Positions 23,501 to 35,740 of a DNA stretch of 64,000 bases are shown piece after piece. The position numbers and the translations under genes are program-made. Every line of letters begins with the position of its first letter. Position 1 is the first letter of the stretch. The DNA is from Pristiophorus japonicus (lineage: Eukaryota): contig NC_091993.1 of NCBI RefSeq assembly GCF_044704955.1, positions 117,242,001-117,306,000 on the forward strand, read 5' to 3'. The notes under the pieces were generated by a model that searched no databases, was not told the origin of the DNA, and was given only the letters and a program-made list of their open reading frames with translations.

Positions 23501-25081
23501 AATTCTCCCCAATGTCCTGGCCATCATTTATACCTCTACCAACAATCAGTAAAATACATGATCACGTTGCTGATTGTGGGATCTTGCTGCGCGTAAATTG
23601 GTTGCCATGTTTCCTACATTACAACAGTGAGAGCACATAAAATAAGTAACTGGCTGTAAAGTGCGTTGGGACGTCCTGAGGTCGTGAAAGGCACCACATA
23701 AATGCAAGTCTTTCTTTCTAACCGCAGCAACAACTTGAACTTGATATTCCTCTCGATTCATTCAGCACTATGGGAACAGCCAAAGGAATGTCCATCCTCT
23801 CAACTTTGTTGCTGCAACCTGTACTGCAGCAGGGTTTGGGGAGGGAAGGTGAACATGGTTCATGTAACCAAGGACATGGAAAGGAAGAGGATTGAGGATC
23901 GGCAAGGGAAGACTCAGGAACTTGGAGATAGATCAATGAGCAGGATATTGAGGGTAGTAAACACAGGATTATTCCCAGTGCCACATGGTAGTCAGTGTAA
24001 GAATAGTGAGATAAGGGACGTGATTCTTTGTCAGGAGAGATGGTTCGGAAGAAAAGGGTTCAGATTCCTGGCACATTGGGGCCAGTTCTGGAAAAGGATG
24101 GGGAGGACTTTGGTTGAATAGTTCTTAGACCAATGGCCTTGCTGGGAGAGCAGCTCGTGCTGTGGGGAAAGAGTTTACACTAAAATGGCGGAGGGAGGTT
24201 AAAAATGTGAAGAGGCAGAGAGAAGAGCTGATAGGGAAAAGAAGATAGGAAAGATAAAAGGTGGAATCGGGGAGGTAAAGGAGATCAGATCAGAAAGAGG
24301 AAGGATTGAAAAGAGGAAGATGCCAAACAGACAGAGGCTCGTGTCAGTTGCATATACAGAAGTTCATAAAGTATTCTGTGTAAAATTGGTAAGCTGGAGG
24401 CACAAATCTTCATGGGGAGGTTTGATGTAACAGAATTAACGATCTTGGCTGAGGGTAGGGTGAGACTGGAAGTTCAGCATTGCTGGGAACAAAGATTCGG
24501 CATAAATAGAGGAGAGGTGGCAGTATTAATCTGAACTTCCATTATAGCATAATATAGTTAGGTTAATATGGGGTGGGAGTGAAAAAGCTAAATCTACTTG
24601 GTTCGAGTTAAAGAGTGAGAAGCAAACGGTTACTTACTGGGAGTAATATAGACCCAGCCTCTAGCAGTGAGGAACAGTGTCACTGACAGAGCCTCATAAA
24701 ACAAGACTTCATCAGCTGTACTTTAAATAACAGAAACAATTGCAAGCTCCAGACATGTTCTGTGTGAGGGATTATTACCACTGCAGTCTTCAGTGTATAT
24801 TGGACATAAGACTACATTAAAAAGCACTTTTTACAGATTAAAATGGGTGACCTTTGCATCTTGATTATGTTACTCGTGTCGCTTTAAAAAAAGTAAATGG
24901 GCCCTTTATTATTCATTACAATAAATAATGCAGTTTAGTACATTTTGGTAAATATGAGTATTTCAACATGTCTGCTGCATAAACCGTACACTAGACTCAA
25001 ACTAACACTGATTATCTGAATATCCTGCTCTGAATGTCACTCACCGGGCAGGGAACACATGAGAAGAATCAGAATCCACAT
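2223..25081 (-). CDS. Gene A: complete spliced inhibitory-type CD300/pIgR-like V-C2 receptor, 415 aa. Exons 25081-25045, 23047-22727, 19850-19527, 14855-14750, 11557-11469, 5943-5891, 2540-2223
   Basis: All introns are GT-AG and the phases chain consistently (1,1,1,2,1,0). Exons sum to 1248 nt = 415 aa + stop, with no internal stop. Order is leader, V, C2, stalk, TM, juxtamembrane, Tyr-motif tail. Confidence 0.88.
2675..3091 (-). mobile_element. CR1 3' fragment (shared with gene C 59255-59675)
   Basis: LRGDLIEVFKI...TRGH motif and CR1 3' UTR. Confidence 0.85.
4371..5114. mobile_element. MITE with 17-bp TIR TGGCCCAGAAAT(C/T)CCGG
   Basis: Terminal inverted repeats; related inverted copy at 40335-41079. 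Confidence 0.78.
5363..5630 (-). mobile_element. Short solo LTR (268 bp)
   Basis: TGTAATGTA...TACATTACA termini, 5-bp TSD AAATC; second copy at 36875-38403. Orientation is inferred. Confidence 0.8.
5891..5943 (-). CDS. Gene A exon 6, juxtamembrane cytoplasmic GTNCIICHRGDGTLIHDE
   Basis: Acceptor tttttcag, donor GAG|GTAAGG, phase 1-0; an open paralogous exon of equal length lies at 60984-61036. Confidence 0.82.
6427..6865 (+). repeat. tRNA-headed DeuSINE/SacSINE-like SINE (representative copy)
   Basis: A box GTGGCTCAGTGG, B-box-like GGTTCAAG, Deu-like core, L2-type tail. Other copies at ~11625-12360(-), 13480-13690(-), 15129-15505(+), 15885-16340(-), 23318-23715(+), 41175-41460(+), 58250-58610(-), 61820-62140(+). 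Confidence 0.72.
6975..7177. repeat. 39-bp minisatellite, 5 full units plus a partial unit
   Basis: Unit TCTATTTAAACAGTGCATTACAGCAAACAGTCTACAGAG starting at 6975, 7014, 7053, 7092, 7129. Confidence 0.95.
7655..8534 (+). mobile_element. Solo LTR (~880 bp) in gene A intron 5
   Basis: TGTA...TACA ends, 4-bp TSD GCTT, AATAAA at 8428; the empty site is visible in the gene C paralog (~62912). Confidence 0.82.
10268..10915 (-). mobile_element. CR1 3' fragment
   Basis: VQRRFTRLIP...RMRGDLIETYKI; (ttcttatg)n tail. Confidence 0.88.
11469..11557 (-). CDS. Gene A exon 5, uncharged transmembrane segment SLVYIVLSVLGALIVVFAVCLLFYLMLNKK
   Basis: Polypyrimidine tract plus cag, donor G|GTGAGT; hydrophobic helix followed by a KK stop-transfer; phase 2-1 fits neighbours. 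Confidence 0.88.
14750..14855 (-). CDS. Gene A exon 4, Ser/Thr-rich stalk GPEYSCEVFTTVSPTSTNIISSDKRKPSSRSKAPK
   Basis: Acceptor ttgtttcaatag, donor AG|GTACAA, open in the required phase, and a paralogous exon is open at 42757-42877. Confidence 0.85.
16747..19418 (-). mobile_element. CR1 LINE, 5'-truncated ORF2 (endonuclease end plus RT), frameshifted
   Basis: IMGDFN (APE), SPGPNG, NVTPLFKKG, QHGFMKGKSC, FQKAFDKV, KFPDDTKL, RPHLEYC; (tttctatg)n tail. Confidence 0.93.
19527..19850 (-). CDS. Gene A exon 3, Ig C2-type domain (FcR/FCRL-like)
   Basis: VSVPV..VSVFCESVQGSLPIQYTWY...YYCTASNNQG; acceptor tttcccacag, donor G|GTAAGT; 324 nt, phase 1-1. Confidence 0.9.
20530..21700 (+). mobile_element. 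Harbinger transposase and Myb remnants in gene A intron 2
   Basis: TLKMRFSCLDRSGGALQ...VVCCALHN matches the HARBI1/DDE_Tnp_4 C-terminus; shared with gene B at ~45555-46920. Confidence 0.7.
21710..22021 (+). mobile_element. CR1 3' fragment (shared with gene B ~46933-47243)
   Basis: SRTRGHSLRIRGRPFRTEMRRNFFTQRVV plus tail. Confidence 0.88.
22727..23047 (-). CDS. Gene A exon 2, CD300/pIgR-type Ig V domain
   Basis: IECHY...KYWC-x6-C...GRVSITD...FVVTMKDLRSEDEGRYSCG, including the extra CC' disulfide pair typical of CD300/pIgR/TREM V domains. Acceptor ctcctcag, donor G|GTACGT. Confidence 0.93.
23760..24680 (+). mobile_element. Old CR1 5' fragment: ORF1 esterase (SGNH) region and start of ORF2
   Basis: RVVNTGLFPVP...GFRFLAHWGQFW resembles CR1 ORF1 esterase; highly degraded. 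Confidence 0.6.
25045..25081 (-). CDS. Gene A exon 1, signal peptide MWILILLMCSLP
   Basis: ATG at 25081, hydrophobic run, phase-1 donor G|GTGAGT; joins the V exon to give MWILILLMCSLPVSGALW. Confidence 0.85.
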
Positions 25082-25240
25082 CGTTATCTTTGCAAATTTC
25101 AGGTCAGCACTTGTTGCAAGTCATCCAGCTCTTAGCTCTCACATCGAAATAAATCAATGTAAATGTTGGGAAGTTGTAAATGAGGAAGAAGTTAGCAGGA
25201 AGCAGATGATGAAACCACAAACGCCAGCTGATGAAATCTT
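25082..25240 (-). promoter_or_regulatory. Putative TATA-less haematopoietic-type proximal promoter of gene A
   Basis: Ets/PU.1-like GAGGAA 25182-25187, RUNX AACCACA 25213-25219, E-boxes CAGATG/CAGCTG and GATA TTATCT 25084-25089, all just upstream of the ATG. Motif matches only. Confidence 0.4.
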
Positions 25241-25359
25241 GAAATACTGTCAGTTATATCTAACAAACTAAACTAATCTAATTTTCATCCAAAGGATAGA
25301 AAATTGTGATAACAAGAGAGTGAAAGTGTTAGCAGGAATGGATAATGGCAGTTCAAGGG

Positions 25360-25830
25360 AGATGGCTGGACTGACAAATGAGGAGAGACTGGATCAATTG
25401 GGCCTTTATACATTGGAGTTTAGAAAGATGAGAGGGATCTCATAGAAACCTACAAGATTATGACGGGACGGGACAGGTTAGATGAGGGTAGATTGTTCCC
25501 GATGTTGGGGAAGTCTAGAACCAGGGGACACATTCTTAGGATAAGGGGTAGCCATTTAGACTGAGATGAGTAGAAACTTCTTCACTCAGAGAGTTGTTAA
25601 CCTGTGGAATTCCCTACCGCAGAGAGTTGTTGATGCCAGTTCATTGGATATATTCAAAAGGGAGTTAGATATGGCCCTTACGGCTAAGGGGATCAAGGGG
25701 TATGGAGAGAAAGCAGGAAGGGGGTACTGAGGGAATGATCAGCCATGATCTTATCGAATGGTGGTGCTGGCTCGAATGGCCAAATGGCCTACTCCTGCAC
25801 CTATTTTCTATATTTCTATGTTTCTATGTT
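25360..25830 (+). mobile_element. CR1 3' fragment immediately upstream of the gene A promoter
   Basis: CR1 ORF2 C-terminus and tttctatg tail. Confidence 0.88.
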
Positions 25831-26763
25831 TATGGTGAATTGTGAGGTGAGCGAGAACACAAGTTTTGAAAAAACTCATGCAAATCTTGAGATTGTCAGG
25901 AAAATTGAACCTCCTCCCCTTTTCACAAAGTGCTGGGTATGTCAATTAGATTGACAGATGAAGCAGTTAATGCAGTGTTTATAAACAGCATGAAGAATAT
26001 CTGGCCAAGCAGTCGGAGACCCTGTGAAAAGACATGTTGGTCTGTGTCAGAACCACATCTTGGTAAAGGTGCACTCAGCCATTTTCTAAATGTCCGTTCT
26101 TCTATGGCAAACAATTGCAGGGCAAAGTTATGCTTCAAAGTTCCTCCCCCCAGTAGGATATACGTCCCATTTGCCCATTCCAACCCAAGTCCTTCCCAGG
26201 AATTGTGCTAATGGGAAGATGCTCCCAAACCACCGGCAGGACCTCGAATACCGCAGGCTGCACTTGCCACAATATCCTGTTTATTAACATTAATGGATGG
26301 TGGCATGGGCTCTCAGACAATTCCACCCATCATGTCCCTCCAGAATAGGGGTCACAGCTGACCATTACTGTCACTGGCTGTGCCAGCTTTATGCTGCACA
26401 TTAGCTGCAGATGTCCTTGCAGCAGAAGGCTCAGCTCTACACCTGTCCCTTTGATGAACTGTAGACAATTGCTGTCAGGAGGGTGTTCCAATGCCTGCAG
26501 ATATGGTTGTTAACATCTTGGAGTTGCGTCCAAGTAGGTTGTGCTTGCTATTGAATTACCCTGACACGTCTTATTTCCTGTAATATTGCAAGCAAATAGA
26601 ATGGCTCAGAATGTGTGAAAAAACAACGATGTGTGAACAACGCAGGCCTTCATTAATGTGTAAATCAGCCAACAACGTGTGGTGATGAAAAGATACCCCA
26701 TTGAAAATATTCAAGGAGGTGGGGGCGAGGGACAATACTGAAATGTAAATCTAGGACTCACAT

Positions 26764-29700
26764 TGTCATGTATTCAACTATCATTGTAACCCATGTGTAA
26801 GCTGACCTAAGTTGTACACCTTGAGAACATTGACCACTAGGTGGTGGACTTGTGGGAGACACTCCTAACCTGGACTTTCAGGTATAAAAGGGGAAGCTCC
26901 ACCCACCTTCATCACTTGAGGTCTTGGTAATAAAGTTAATTGGTCACAGAGTGACCTTCTCTCAAGTATGGGCCTCGTGTGCATTTATACTGTATAGTAA
27001 GGACATATCATTGGCGACGAGAAACTGGGATTTAAACCACGCGAGCATGGCCACTAGCAGCACAGAAGAGAGAAACTGTGTTGGTGATGATTGGGATGAC
27101 TTTATTGAGAGACTACAGAAAAGTTTTGTCACTAAGGAATGATTGGGACAGAATTCGGCCGACAAACGCAGGGCTCATCTGCTGACGGTTTGTGGATCCA
27201 GAACTTACTCCCTGATGAAGACCTTCTAGCGCCAGAGAAGCCGGTGGACAAGATGTTCGAAGAAATTAGTAAGTTGATCAGGGAACACCTTAAACCTATG
27301 AGCAGCATGCACATGGCGAGACACTGGTTTTACACGAACCGGCGGCGAAAAGGGCAAAGTGTTCCAGACTTCGTGGCAGATCTCCGGCGACTGGCGAGCC
27401 TATGTAAGTTCCCAGATGCATGCAGAGCGTAGAAGCTGCGAAACTTTTTTATTGAGGGCATCGGGCACGCTGGGGTTTTCAGGAAACTGATTGAGACCAA
27501 AGACTTGACCTTGGAAACGGCTGCTCTGATCGGCCAGACATTTATCTCAGGGAAGGAAGAGACCAGAATGATGTATGCCAAAAATCTTGGCTCAATTGCA
27601 GCAAACGACCACGGAGTCAACATTGTTAACGCAGCACACGGTTCTCTAGGCAGACAAGAGTAATCGGACATGCCCCAGCATGTAGTCGAACCCAAAGGGG
27701 GAATTCAACAGAGACAATGGCTAGCTGAACGGCGATTCATGCCATTGCAATGGACAATGCGGCCAGTAATGGGGCCATCAACACTTAAGGACAGTTACAG
27801 AGACAGTCAGAGACGATTGACTGGTAATGGACCTTTTGTTTCCAACAACGGGGCCTCCAGCTCATGCTGGAGCTGTGGAGGCAAACACCCAGCCAGAGCT
27901 TGCAGGTATCAGCAATATACTTGCAGAAACTGCAACGTCAGTGGTCACTTGGCGCATATATGTAGGAAGCCTGCGGCCAGGGTGATGTACGAGGAGGACG
28001 GGCCCAATGTAAGCCCTACGAGGTCAAATGAATACTGGGTGAAATCGCTGGAAGCTGAAGTTCAGCGAGTTCATGTGGAGCACATATACAGTTCATATAC
28101 CAGGACGCCACCGATAATGATGAAAGTGCTCCTCAATGGCATTCCAGTATTAATGGAGCTAGACACGGGGGCCAGCCAGTCCCTGATGAGTATCAAACAG
28201 TTCGAAAGGTTGTGGGTGTCCAAGGCCAGGAGACCAAAATTATTGCCAATTGACGCACAGCTATGGATATATACAAAGGCGATCATTCCGGTGCTAGGCA
28301 GCGCCACGGTAGTCGTGACCCACAAAGATTCGGAGAACAGGTTGCCACTCTGGATTGTCCTGGGGGTCGGTCCCGCACTACTGGGGAGGAGTTGGCTTAC
28401 TGTCATGAACTGGAAATGGGGCGATGTCAATGCAATTTCTTCTGTGGAGCGAGTATCATGCTCACAGGTCCTGGACAAATTTGACTCATTATTTCAACCC
28501 GGCATCGGCACTTTCATGGGGGCCAAGGTAGTGACGCCAGGCCAGTACACCACAAGGCCAGAGCGGTGCCGTACGTGATGCGGGAAAAGATAGAATGCGA
28601 ATTGGACCGCCTGCTGAAGGAAGACATCATCTCACCAGTCGAATTCAGTGACTGGGTGAGCCCGATCATGCCGGTGCTCAAGGCGGATGGGTCGGTCAGG
28701 ATATGTGGCGATTACAAGGCCACCATCAATCGGGTGTCACTCCAAGACCAGTACCCGCTATCGAGAGCGGAGGATCTCCTTGCGACGCTATCCGGTGGCA
28801 AACCTTTTTCAAAATTGGACCTGACCTCAGCTTACATGACCCAGGAGCTGGCGAGTGAGTCGAAGAAGCTGACCACCATCACGACACACAAGGGGTTGTT
28901 TGAGTATAACAGATGTCCGTTCGGGAGTCGCTCGGCTGCCGCGATCTTTCAGCGAAATATGGAAAGCCTCCACAAGTCGATTCCAAGGACGGTGGTTTTT
29001 CAAGACGACATCCTCATCACGGGTCGCGATACTGAAGAACACCTCTACAACCTGGAGGAGGTGCTATGCAGACTGGACCGGATAGGGCTGCGACTGAAAA
29101 AGGCGAAGTGCGTCTTCTTAGCTCCAGAGGTAGAATTCCTGGGGAGGAGGGTAGCAGCAGATGGGATCAGATCTACTGCGTCCAAAACGGAAGCGATCCA
29201 GAGAGCACCCAGACCCCGTAACACGACGGAGCTGCGTTCATTCCTGGGGCTCCCGAACTATTTTGGCAACTTTCTTCCCAAATTGAGCACGCTGTTAGAG
29301 CCGCTACACGTGCTCCTACGCAAAGGTCGCGAATGGGTCTGGGGGGACAGCCAGGAAAGGGCTTTTGATAGAGCACGCAATTTGTTATGCTCCAACAAAC
29401 TGTTAACGTTATATGACCTGTGCAAGAAACTTGTTTTAATGTGTGATGCATCCGCCTATGGGGTTGGTTGTGTGTTGCAGCATGTGAATGTCAATGGCCA
29501 GTTACAGCCGGTAGCTTATGCCTCCAGAAGTCTGTCCCAGGCAGAAAGGGGCTACGGGATGGTAGAAAAGGAAGCGCTTGCATGTGTATATGCAGTAAAA
29601 AAAATGCATCTTACGTGTTTGGCAGGAAATTTGAGCTGGAGACAGTTCACAAACCCCTAACGTCCCTTTTGGCCGACAACAAGGCCATAAATGCAAATGC

Positions 29701-31475
29701 ATCGGCCCGCATACAGAGGTGGGCACTCATGTTAGCCGCCTATAACTATACAATTCGGCAGAGACCGGGCACTGAAAACTGCGCCGATGCACTCAGCAGG
29801 CTCCCACTAGCCACCACTGATGGGGCAACTGAGCATGATGCTGAGATGGTCATGGCTGTTGAAGCTTTCGAAAGCGAAGGCTCACCTGTGACAGCCCGTC
29901 AGATTAAAGTCTGGACAAATAAAGACCTGCTACTGTCTTTAGTTAAAAAATGTGTCCTGAATGGGGACTGGGCAGCCACGTACGGGGCATGCCCTGAGGA
30001 ATTTAAACCGTTTCATAGGTGCAAGGATGAACTCTCGATTCAGGCCAATTGCCTACTGTGGGGAAACCGAGTAGTCATGCCCCAGATGGGCAGAGAGCTG
30101 TTTATCAGAGAATTTCACAATGAGCACCTGGGCATTGTCATGATGAAGGCAATTGCCAGGCCACACGTTTGGTGGCCAGGGATAGATGCAGACCTGGAAC
30201 TTTGTGTTCGCAGGTACAACACATGTGCTCAGCTGGGCAACGCACCCAGGGAAGCCCCCCTTAGCCCCTGGTCCTGGCCCACCAAGCCATGGTCATGCAT
30301 TCATGTGGACTACGCAGGTCCTTTCACGGAAAAATTGTTTTTGCTTGTAGTAGATGCCTACTCCAAATAGATTGAGTGTGCCATTTTAAATTCAAGCACA
30401 TCCTTTGCCACGGTAGAAAGTCTACGGGCAATGTTCGCCGCCCATGGTCTACCGGATGTCTTGATGTCACAAGCACCACATTCCAGGACTTCATGGCAGG
30501 CAATGGAATCAATCATGTCAGAACGGCACCGTTCAAGCCGACCTCAAACGACCATGCAGAACGAGCAGTGCAGATAATCAAACTGGGGATGCTCAGAATC
30601 CAAGGGGGTTCTCTACAAAGCCACTTATCACGCCTCCTGTTGGCCAATTGATCCCGACCACACTCGCTCACAGGGGTTCCACCTGCATAGCTGCAAATGA
30701 AAAGGATGCTCAAAAACCAGGTTATCCTTTATACACCCTTCTATGAAAGAAATTGTTGAGAGCAGGCATCAGTCACAATGTGACTACCATGACAAGAATG
30801 CGAGGGCACGATGTATTGATGTCAATGACCCTGTTTTTGTCCTTAATTACGATGCAGGGCCCAAATGGCTTGCAGGCACTGTGATTGCCAAAGAGGGGAA
30901 TAGGGGTTTGGTAGTTAAACTTACCAATGGACAAATCTGTCGCAAACACGTGGATCAAACTAAAAGGAGGTTCAGCAACCCCATAGAAGAAGCAGAGGAA
31001 GAACACAACATAGAGTTTACTCCACCACATGTGACCGAACACCAGAACCAAGTGGAGGAGAGCCCAGTCACTGTGGGCAGTCCCGACAGGCCTGAAGCAC
31101 CGCAAACAGCAGACACTCAGGCCAGCGCCCAACAACCGGAGCCCCAACTCAGGCGCTCTACAAGGGAGTGTAAACCACCCGAGAGACTTAACCTGTGATC
31201 CCAATAAGACTTTGGGGGGGGGGAGGTGATGTCATGTATTCAACCAGCATTGTAACCCATGTATAAACTGACATAAGTTGTACACCTTGAGAACATTGAC
31301 CACAAGGGGTGAACTTGTGGGAGACACTCCTAACCTGCACTTTCAGGTATAAAAGGGGAAGCTCCACCCACCTTCATCATTTGAGGTCTTGGTAATAAAG
31401 GTAACTGGTTGCAGAGTGACCTTCTCTCAAGTATGGGCCTCGTGTGCATTTATACTGTATAGTAAGGACATATCA
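26764..31475 (+). mobile_element. Full-length, decayed Ty3/Gypsy LTR retrotransposon
   Basis: LTRs 26764-27010 and 31230-31475 (TG...CA, TATAAAA, AATAAA); 5-bp TSD CACAT; PBS-like TGGCGACGAG; polypurine tract ~31214-31228. Gag with two CCHC knuckles, protease LDTGAS, RT FQDDILI, RNase H, integrase in Gypsy order; several stops and frameshifts. Confidence 0.96.
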
Positions 31476-31747
31476 CACATCCCCCTCTTCAGCAATTTCT
31501 AAATCCATCCATTTAGGTTTGGTCCACCGGAATATAAATACTCGCATTCTGGGTCTGGTCTCCTGGTGGCCATCCATCCTCGACCTTCTGCAAACTTGAG
31601 CTCATTTAAAACTCTGCCGCTCGCATCCGGTCCCACACCAAGTTCTGCTCACCCATCATTCTCCACTTGCTTCCCAGGGTTGGGCAGGTTGCTGTGGGCT
31701 ACTGTCCAACATATACAAGCAACTCCTTGCATTTCTGTCTTCACTGA

Positions 31748-32290
31748 AAAGTAACATGCAGGTACAGCAAACAATTAAGGGAGTAAATGGTATCTGGGCC
31801 TTTCTTACAAGAGGATTTGAGTCTAAGAGTAAAGACGTCTTACTGCATTTATAAAAGGCCCTGGTGAGACCACACCTGGAGTATTATGTACAGTTTTGTT
31901 CTCCTTACTCAAGGAAGGATATACTTGGCATAGAGAGAGTGCAATAAAGGTTCACCAGACTGATTCCTGGATTTGGGGGATTGTCCTATGAGGAGAGATT
32001 GAGTAGACTAGACCTATATTCTCTAGAGTTTAGAAGAATGGGAGGTGATCTGATTGAAACATACAAAATTCTTATAGGGCTTGACAGAGTAGATGCAGGG
32101 AGGATGTTTCGTCTGGCTGGGGAGTCCAGAACCAGGGGGTCACAGTCTCAGAATAAGGGGTCGGCCATTTAGGACTGAGCTGAGGTGAATTTTCTTCAGG
32201 AAAGTGGAGCTGAGGTAAAAGATCATATTGAATGGTAGAGCAAGCTCGAGGGGTCTAATGGCCTAATCCCGTTCCTATTTCTTATGTTCT
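31748..32290 (+). mobile_element. CR1 3' fragment
   Basis: RPHLEY...LEFRRMGGDLIETYKI. Confidence 0.85.
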
Positions 32291-33730
32291 ACTGATTCCC
32301 TCACCTATATTTATCACTGAACTGACACCATCAAAAGATATTAACTGCTCATTTATTTCATACGTGTTTATGGGGCATTGCTGCGTGTAAGTTGGCTGCC
32401 ATGGTTGCCTGTGTAACTACAGTAACTAGTCTTACGGCCAATGAGCTTCACCGTATGGATTCTGTGCAGCAGCTCGAAGAGGCTCAATCCACTTTATGCC
32501 ATGCTGGCCCACAGCAGTGGGTCACCTTATCTCACTTAGACAAAGAATCCTCTAAAATGTCTAACTTCTTCACTTCAGTGAAGCCCTCACAGGTTGCTCT
32601 TTAGCAAACCTGAGTGCCTTTGTAGCATTGCTGTTTCAAAAAGTCTCTCCTTGTGTGCCTGCCTCTGTGTGGTTTATCTCCCACTATTCACAACCTGAAA
32701 ATAAAAGCCGGCTAAACCTTCTACTGAGCACCTTGGACCAAAGGTTCCCCAAACAAATCGGTGCGGTGTGCTTATTGATTACCAAGGTAACCTAACGCAT
32801 TGCTTATTATTTACTATCTACAAGGAAACATTCACAAAGTTCGTTCATTTGCATCATAACTGCTCATCATTTCAAACACCCCTTCCCTTTTTATTTTAAA
32901 TTAGATGAATACATTGGGGCCGAAATTCAGCCATTCGGAAAATGCCACTTACCGCCAGAAAGCGGAGGCCAGGCGGCGAAGCCAAGCAGCCGCCGACTTC
33001 CGGGCCAATGGCTGCCACGACCGAAATTCACCCCGGGGATTTTTGTGGTGGTCCCCACTTCCGCCCCACTGCTAAGCGCGACCATCCGAAGCGCGTCATT
33101 AAAGCACGCACCGTCGATCTCCTGCACCTCTATCGCACCTTCTGTGAAATTTAGCTGAAAAAATCCACGAAGTGCCGCACGGTGCCCCTGACAGCTTTTT
33201 CTGTCGGTGCATCTTCCTTTCACTGTGTGAGCCAGTGCAACGCGGCGGCCCTTCAAGGGGAGGGAGCACTTATTTTGATGTTTTTTTTTGGAATACTGAC
33301 TTCCCGATCGGCCGGACAATTATGGCCCCGGGTTCGGTCGAGCCGGCAACAGGCAGCCTGGCACCCCCCCGCTTGAGTGCCAGGACGCTGGCCTGGTCGA
33401 AACCCTCCCCGGTGGCCCAGTGGGCTGAACCTAAACAATCGCTGCTTCTCTCCCCTTTAAATGAGGGGAGAGCCGTGGAGACGCACACGCGCACTGACGT
33501 CAGCACCGCTCCGTCGCTGACTGACAGCGGCAGAGACTCCGCCCCCGCCCCCACTTCCGCCCCTCACCAGTACTTACCGCCGCACTTCTGCCCCCATTAT
33601 GACCGACTTTCGGTCCGCTCAAAAAACATTGCCAAAGAGTTGAAAATGGAACAAGAGTCCACCTTGTCTGACGTGACTGTAAAAACACTTAGAAACCGGT
33701 AGGTGCGCCAGCTCTCTGGCGGGGGTTACC

Positions 33731-33878
33731 TGTACAGGTGTGCCTGGCCGAGTATAAAAGGCAGGCCACCAGGTGTGATCCTCAATCTGGAGTTATCAAT
33801 AAAGGACTAAGGTCACTACAGTTCAAGTACAACACACTGCCTCGGGGAGTCATTCTTAGAGCATCCAAAGACATAACA
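33731..33878 (+). mobile_element. Partial LTR (3' part)
   Basis: TATAAAA, AATAAA and terminal ...ATAACA in the same layout as the Gypsy LTRs nearby. Confidence 0.45.
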
Positions 33879-34914
33879 GGATATTTACTTGAAAAGAAAA
33901 ACAGAGCAGGGCTATGGGGAAAGCGCAGCCCTGCACCCTTGAGAACCTACACATACAGTGAGAAGCAAGCAGCCTTGCCTGCTGTTCCCATTTGGTATTG
34001 CTGAATGTTGTGTGCCCATGAGGGTGCCTTTGGAAGACTTCTGTAATGTCCCTTGTGCAACAGTTGACAGCATTTCCACCGACTCCTGAGATATCTGCCA
34101 CTCGTTCCTGGAAGGTATGTCAATGTTGAGAGCTGTGGTAACTGTGACTTCCCCGAACAGCACAGTTTAAATGTTGACTGCTTCCTCGCGTCTTTTGGGA
34201 GCACGTCATGTGGATCTATTAAAAAGTCTTTGCTCAGCTTTAGCCTCTCCTTCTCTTTAAGATTTATAAAACTACATCTTGCTCAGTAATGCTTCCCCCT
34301 GGGGTCATTGGTCCACACCATGGTGTGGCCCGCATGTCCCCTGTACACCTCTCCACTGTTTCTTCCATCTGCATCATCTGGTGTCCAATAAATGGACCAG
34401 CACCCATGATGCCTGCCTGTAAAAAGCTCTGTAATATTGGAGTTCTTCTTCTCCCACTTGCACCCACAACCCTTCATTTAGTAATTGACACCTCCTGCCA
34501 TTGTACATTGATGGGTTTCTGTCACACATCCACCCTGAGAATAGCAACACATTTTTTTACAGTTTCAAACCACAATGACCATCGCAAGCTGCAGCAAACT
34601 TGAAAATGCATTTTATTAAGAGCCCAACTCTTTCAACCCTTAAAGTAATTGAGGAGTTAATGGAATTGTGCTAAAACTGAATTCATGTTCATTTAGGATA
34701 TAACACTTAATCGTAGCATTTTCTGCACAACAAAAATTTCCTAACTGTTGTTTCCAGTGGGGAAATTCTGGCTGCTGAATATAAAGTATTGTACATGCAT
34801 AAAGTTTCACTCTGAACAAAACTAAAGGGATAGGCCTCTCATTGCAACAGCATTGGCTTCAGAAACACGTTCATTTATTGTTGTTGCCTCATTACTGGGA
34901 TTAACATCAACAAC

Positions 34915-35740
34915 AGCAATTACTTGCATTTATATAGTGCCGTCAAGAAAGTAAATTGTCCCAAGGCGCTTTATAGGAACGTAATCAGACAAAATTGATA
35001 CAGAGCCAAAGAAGGAGACATTAGGACAGGTGACAAAATGTTAGGTCAAAGAGAGTGGCGAGCTTTAGTAAGGCAATTCCGGAGATTAGGACCAAGACGG
35101 CTGAAGACATTGCCATCAATGGTGGGGTGAAGGAAGTGGGGGAATGAACAAGAGTTGGAGTTGGAGGAACACAGAGTTCGTAGAGGGGCTTATAAAGAGA
35201 GGGAGGGCCGAGGCCATGGAGGGATTTGAAAATGATGAGAATTTTAAAATCGAGGCATTTGGGGACTGGGTGCAATGTAGATCAGTGAGCATGGGGGTGA
35301 TGAGTGAATAGGACTCAGTACGAGTTAGGGTACGGGCAGCAGAGTTTTGGATGAGTTTAAGTTGATGGAGGGTGGAAGGTGGGAGGCTGGCCAGGAGATC
35401 ATTGGTATAGTCAAGTCGGGAGTTAAACAACAGTATGGATGAGGATTTCAGCAGCAGATGGGCTGAGGCAGGGTTGGAGATGGGTGATTTTGGAGGTAGA
35501 TGTCGTCGGTTTTGGTGATGGAGAGCATTACAGGGTCGGGAGCTCAGCTCAGGTTCAAATACGACACTGAGGTTGTGCACAGCCTGGTTTAGCTTCAGAC
35601 AGTGGCCTTGGAGGTAGGTGGAATCCATGGCTAGGGATCGGTGTTTGTGACGGGGATGAAGACAATGGCTTTGGTCTTCCCAATGTTTAATTGGAAGATA
35701 TTTTGACACATCCAGGACTGGATGCCGGACCATCAGGCTG
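34915..35740 (-). mobile_element. L2-clade LINE 3' fragment
   Basis: SRLDYTNDLLASLP...KLIQNSAARTLTRT is typical of the L2 ORF2 C-terminus. Confidence 0.75.

Noticed and set aside
25923-26560. Trp-rich ORF fragments (WEWANGT reminiscent of C-type lectin)
   Set aside because: No consistent Cys pattern, stops in all frames and no supporting splice sites.
33947-34603. Coding-looking non-repetitive stretch with overlapping ORFs
   Set aside because: No recognisable domain or splice chain; may be a decayed element. Needs BLASTx.
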